A stretch of 64,000 bases of DNA from Phoronis australis (taxonomy: Eukaryota; Animalia; Phoronida): NCBI GenBank assembly GCA_002633005.1, contig NMRA01000870.1, forward strand, positions 1-64,000, read 5' to 3'. Both the position numbers and the translations under genes were made by a program. This document shows positions 58,592 through 64,000 of this stretch, piece by piece (position 1 is the stretch's first letter; every line of letters begins with the position of its first letter). The notes below the pieces were generated by a model. It worked only from the letters and a program-made list of their open reading frames with translations, was not told where the DNA came from and searched no databases.

Positions 58592-61109
58592 ACGCACGGA
58601 ACTGCGACATCTCCAGCGAACTTCAGCAGAGGTCCATTCTGCTACATAAACGAGACTAGGGTGTCAAAATACTCTTTACATACGTATCGCAGCTGGTTTC
58701 AGTGATGTAGTTTTCATCTTGCAGGTTACCCCATTCACATGACGTCAACCAAATGTTCGTCTGCCTTCTTTGGGATTCTAAGCCAGTCAGCACTCAACTG
58801 TCTTGAACGCGTCCCGGTGCGACTCGTTTGCGCGTTAATTTACACGGCGTCGTGCAGTTATATTTAACGATTCATTAATTTGCACTGTGTTGTGTATAGC
58901 ATGTCGCTTGTTTGCCCATTTACCGTAGCTTCGCAATGCTCTGGTTCTAAATTTTCTAAGACTGCGATTCTATTATGCTGCTGTTTGTTGTTATTACCAC
59001 TAAGGTGCATACATGTAAGACAAGTTAGTTGCCGAAATCATCTCTAAATTCAAAATCCAATAACTTGGTCAAATCAACCAATTGTGAACGAACGTACAAA
59101 CGGTCATAGTCGCAATGAATTACGAATTCACCTCTTGTCAGTAAAACATTTCTTTACGGTATCAATTGTCAGGATTAGTTCCACAAAATAAATGCCCGAT
59201 ATAAAGCAGCCACGATCAGACGTGTTGTTTTACCCACTCTCTGAACTATCGTCTCATCGCGTCACTACAACCACGTCACTACACTAGTCACAACAACCAC
59301 ATGCATGACGTCCACAGGTCAATCCCATTCAAAGGACTACGTAAAATCATATTGACTTCGACACATACGCCAATTCGTGCACTAGGGTCATTTCTCACAT
59401 GTAGACAACAGATTTCACTGTGTTTTCCAGAATTTGAATCACGTTCATACGAAAAGGTCAAGTGTACGTATTTACTACTGAAGGGAAAAAGCACTCTTGG
59501 CTTGGGTCTCTCTACCAACTGATTTTGAGACCTATCCTAGACTAAAACAAGGTACCCTCGCAACAACTTTATTTTTGAAAAGCTGCCGGGTTTGTGGACC
59601 ACAAGTGAAAATAATAAACGCCCAGCTTCTATCAGAAGTTACAGGGTAAAATTGAAAATATAAGCTGCATTAGATCATTTGAATGAATGGAAATTTCAAT
59701 ACGAGATGATTAACTCTGCCAGTGACCTACATGTAGAAACACTAAGCTAAAGCTGATCAAGAAATCTTCATGATTTTATTCATCATCAGTGGTCGAAAGA
59801 GTTAAAATGATCTGATAAACTAGGCCTAGGGTTCTTCATCATGTCCTATGATCATTTTCTCTTATTCTTTTTGGTGGAGCTTGATGAAAGATAATACCAC
59901 TGTGAAATCGCTCTATAGCGAAATAAAGAAAAATATATATATGTGATCATTTCACCAATAGGGAGCACCAGATGAGTTTTCTATTGGTGATTACTCGTAA
60001 TTGGTGACTACCTGCGAATGAGTGAGTTTTAAACAAGCCTACACCAAATGCTTTTATAAGCAATAAATAAACTAAATGAAGCTTTTCCATGAAAATAAAT
60101 AAATAACTAGATTTAACCATACACACTTTACATCACAAGAGCTACTCACAGACCACCTCAGTGTGAAGCAATAAATGAACAACAGAGATTATTGTAGGAG
60201 TAGTTTTCAAAATACATTGGACATTGCTGAAATTCGGTGAGGTTTTGACAAGCAAACCCATTACTAAATCTCCATTTCTTTTCAGCCTCAATTTATTGCC
60301 GGTGTTGCTCCAGGAATTTTGTCAAAACTGTGACAACTTGCGTCGCAGGTTCGTTAACAAATTAGTAATTAGTGGTTAAGCACAATAATATCATCTTACA
60401 CTGCAACTCAAGTTTTCCAAAAATGTCATTTAATTGGGATTTCATTGCAGCAGTTGGATTATACTGGCGAATAATTCTGGCAAAACATCTGTCCAATTTT
60501 GGCAGAAATTGAGATCAGAGTTCTGGTAATGTACATGTATGTCTAGTTCATTTTGAAAATTACTATACATATTCTATGACAATGGACATGTACACCATAT
60601 GATAGACAATCAATTGTTAATTACGAAAAAGTACATCAAATATTGGCAGAGTTCGACAAATTTGGTGGAAGTCTATCCAGTTTACTGAAGTTCTGTGTTA
60701 TGTCACTGCTCTAATCACCTTGCAGTGTAGCTCGCCACTTCGTGCAGTTAGTCGATTCCAGGATTCTTCACAGCAATGATTTTGCACACCTTAGAGTTCT
60801 GGAGTTCATTCTGTTGTTCTATAAGACTGGCAATTATTTCTCAGAGAAGATTACTTTCTGTGACTCCTATTTTTCACATTTGCTGTACTATAAAAATGCA
60901 CGCCGATCTTTCTGGTTTTCTCTGCACGGTCCATGGCTCGCCGCTGTAAAATAAGAGCAAAATGTCGGCCTCTGATGAGTGATGTGAAACACAACATACA
61001 TAGTTCTGACAAAAGCCTTCATAACAAGAGAAATGCTGGGGCATTGACATCCACCTACAGTGTATCATATATGACATATTTAAAAGGGCCAGTAGTAGGC
61101 ACAGTAGTA

Positions 61110-62868
61110 GTCGAATCAGTCCAAAAATCAAATGGTGCCGGCACATTGTCATCTACCGCTGAGTAAAGTTTCATTAAAATCTGTCAATTGGTTCAAAAGA
61201 TGTAATCCGAACATGACCTTTCCCTAGATAACGCTTGAAAATCCCGTTCTTGAGAATGAAAGGATGCCGGCATGTGGTCATCATATATAACTATGTAGTT
61301 TCATTGAAATCCATCAATCAGTTCTCTAGATACCATCCAGAAACAATCTTCCCCAAACAACACATGAAAGCTCCTCATCACAATGCTGCAGTGGACAAAT
61401 CCTTCCCAAAAACGAAGGGTTCAGAGAATTGACTTCACATATGTTTGTGGTGTCAATTTTTGTTGACATCTATCACTCGTTTCTTTAGATGTCATTCAGC
61501 ATTGCTCTTTCCCCAAACAACACATAATACAGACTCCTTGAGAACAAGATGGGCACTAGGACATACGTGCTACAGTAGTCTAAACTGCACAAAAAATTAA
61601 TGGTGATGGCGCATTGACATCACATACCTCTGCGTCAAGTTTCATTAAAATCGATCAACCAGTTCAAAAAAAATTATCCGAATATGTTCTTCCCAAAATG
61701 GCCACTAGGTACTGCACTTCTGTAGCGGAATCTATCCAAAAATCATATGGTGCCAGTACATTGACATCGTATACCGCTGTGTCAAGTTTAAACTAAATCC
61801 GCCAGTCTGTTCTCTTGATACAATCCAGAAATGCTCTTCTCCAAACAACACTCAAAAAGCCTCATGTCAAAAAGTAAATGGCCATAAAGGAGTACTCCGC
61901 GGTCAAATCCACCTGGAAACTAATGGTGCTACCACATTGCTTTAACATACCTCTGTGTCAACTTTAAATGAAATTCTTCCCTCAGTTTTCTATATTATCC
62001 GTAATAGCTCTCACACAAAATGGCCACTTGGGGGCACTGCAGTGGTCAAATCCAGACAAAAATCAAATGGTGCCGGCGCATTCTCATAATATACCTCTAT
62101 GTCAAGTTTCAATGAAATCTGTCTTTTGATTCTTATCATCCAGAAACGCTCTTCCACCTAACAACATTTGAAAATTCCTTGCCAATAACAAAATGGCCAC
62201 TAGGAAGTGCTACAGTTGTCGAATCCGCCCGAAAATTTAATGGTGCCGGCGCATTGATATCATATATCTTTGTGTCAAGTTTCATTGAAATCTGTCACTA
62301 GATACCAGCTAGAAATGCTCTCACACAAAATGGCGAATAGGCAACACTACAGAAGTCCAAATTCCGCTGAAAATTAAATGGTGCCGCTGCAACCTCAAAA
62401 TATACAGCTGTGTCAAGTTTTAATGTAATCCGGCCATAGGTACTCTAGATATCATCTGGAAACGTTCTTCTCCCCCAAGCCAATACTTGAAAAGCTCCTC
62501 GTTGAGAACAAAATAGCCACTAGGAGGTGCTACAGTGGTCAAATCTGCCCGAAAATTAAATTGTGTTGGCGCGTTGATATCACACACCATTGTGTCAGGT
62601 TTCATTGAAATCCTTCAATCCCTTCTATAGATATCATCCGGAAAAGCTCTTCCCTCAAAAATACAAAAAACATGCCCCCTTGACACCAGGGGGCTGGCCA
62701 GATTGAAAACTGGTGTGAACTGTTCTAGTGATGCCCTGCACCCTTGCGCCAAATTTCGTCAAAATCCGATCAGATTCATGATATACTGAGCGGACATGTG
62801 GAGCCCCGGACAAAGTGACAGCAATATGTGAACACATGCACACACATATATATGTGGGCGCATAAAAA
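61110..62868 (+). repeat. Degenerate tandem array (~140/~175 bp units), Helentron/HINE-like satellite carrier, copy 2
   Basis: Units start near 61546, 61696, 61876, 62017, 62190, 62327 and 62510. Same consensus, orientation and 3' flank as 1170-3220; ends with ACACACA..TATATATGTGGGCGCATAAAA. Confidence 0.8.
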
Positions 62869-63102
62869 TGTGACAAGACTCTTAATGTCATGATCTTGGC
62901 ACAAACTAGTCACAAGAAAAACTTGGGCAAGAGAATTCTTCCACGAGTCGGTTTCCCCACACACCAGTTGAATAATTCACTCCAAGGCATTTTTGAAGCC
63001 TTAGTAATATTTTCTAATTAAAAATTAGCTAGCATCCATCTTCAAAAATTATAAATCTTAACCCAGCGGCCATATTGGAAACCAAAATGGCAGGCAAACT
63101 CA

Positions 63103-63504
63103 CCTGTTTGGCCGTCAGCTTCGGTGGTGTAGGACCACCATCATCCTCATCTTCATGACCTCGCTTACCGGGAGTACGTTTCTTTGAAACTTTCTGCTTA
63201 GCTCTTTTTAGAAATGATGTCAACTCCACAGCTGTAACCTTAGAGCTGTCATTCACAGTGAACTCTGGGAAACCTACAACATGAAATGATTACAGGAAGT
63301 AACGACTATGTGGGTATTTAGGACCATAGATGCATGCGCATTGTTGCCAAATACTTGAGCAAATCCAAAAAGCAAATCCTTAAAACAGCATATGAGTGAA
63401 GCTTTAATAAAATGACACAAAATGGTACACCTTGATGTACATTTAATAATAATAATTAATAATACTAATAATAATACTACTAATAATAACAATACTACTA
63501 CTAT

Positions 63505-63536
<32 letters not shown>

Positions 63537-63930
63537 ATAATAATAATAATAATAATAATCACAATATTCCTGGTAATTGAAAGGCTGTGTATTCATTTAT
63601 CATCGCTTTGTTACAAAGCCCTTTCCGACAGTATTACTCACGCACATATCAGACCACCTACTCAGCAATACTTCAAGAGAGCCCGACAACACACGTTGCT
63701 GTTACTGATGAATACTTATCCTCATTCAAAACACGGACCCCACACAGACCTGCCACCCTTTTATCAAAGACAGCAAGTCCAGTCAAAGCTAAGACCAAAG
63801 TGGGCAAACTATTACTAAGGCGATTTCCCAATTTTTGTACAAGTGGAGCATTGCTACTGATGTTAACGTGATCACGTGGTTCAAATTCAAGGTGGACGTC
63901 CACTTTCACAAATCATAGCAATGAATTGCA
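63103..63930 (-). pseudogene. Decayed spliced gene, possibly a transposon accessory (BEN-like) protein
   Basis: Clean exon 63103-63272 (TGTAG|GTTTCC...AAACAG|GTGAGT; basic/acidic ..KRAKQKVSKKRTPGKRGHEDEDD..). Upstream segment LSNSLPTLVLALTGLAVFDKRVAGLCGV is followed by several stops. Confidence 0.3.
63447..63559 (+). repeat. (TAA/TAC)n trinucleotide microsatellite
   Basis: Run of AAT/ACT triplets. Confidence 0.9.
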
Positions 63931-64000
63931 GATAGACATTCAATATGCATCCATCTAAGCTAAGACCAGGGGCAATAGTAAGATATAATGTGCCCACATT

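Noticed and set aside
59714-59801. piggyBac-type mini-MITE (TTAA CTCT...AGAG TTAA)
   Set aside because: The terminal match is only a few bases and there is no second copy in the window.

Overview
Eukaryotic, AT-rich (roughly 39% GC), repeat-dense genomic DNA from what looks like a marine invertebrate (lophotrochozoan-like; taxon not determinable from sequence alone), with assembly Ns at 5712, 18010, 21019, 35657-35662 and 49734. Almost all ORFs in the six-frame track are spurious. By hand I can assemble two intact spliced host genes arranged divergently. The first is a 7-exon minus-strand gene (27970-40496, 286 aa) for a secreted, stand-alone bacterial-type family-3 solute-binding (PBP2-fold) protein. 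The second is a 5-exon plus-strand gene (51059-58591, 304 aa) for a signal-peptide/GPI-type homolog of coral skeletal aspartic-acid-rich proteins (SAARP) that lacks the Asp tracts and has a Lys/Arg-rich insert. The rest is mostly transposons: two decayed AcademX elements, three TTAA-flanked Kolobok derivatives (one with an ISL2EU element nested in it, one keeping THAP plus a Cys-rich second gene), a Tx1/L1 3' end, a Penelope fragment plus a hammerhead ribozyme, and MITEs with 3-, 5-, 6- and 10-bp TSDs. Two arrays of a ~140/175-bp alternating satellite with YY1/CTCF-like motifs bracket the window. The octamer TACATGTA is strongly over-represented, and in three places it has arisen by CATGTA insertion at a TA site.
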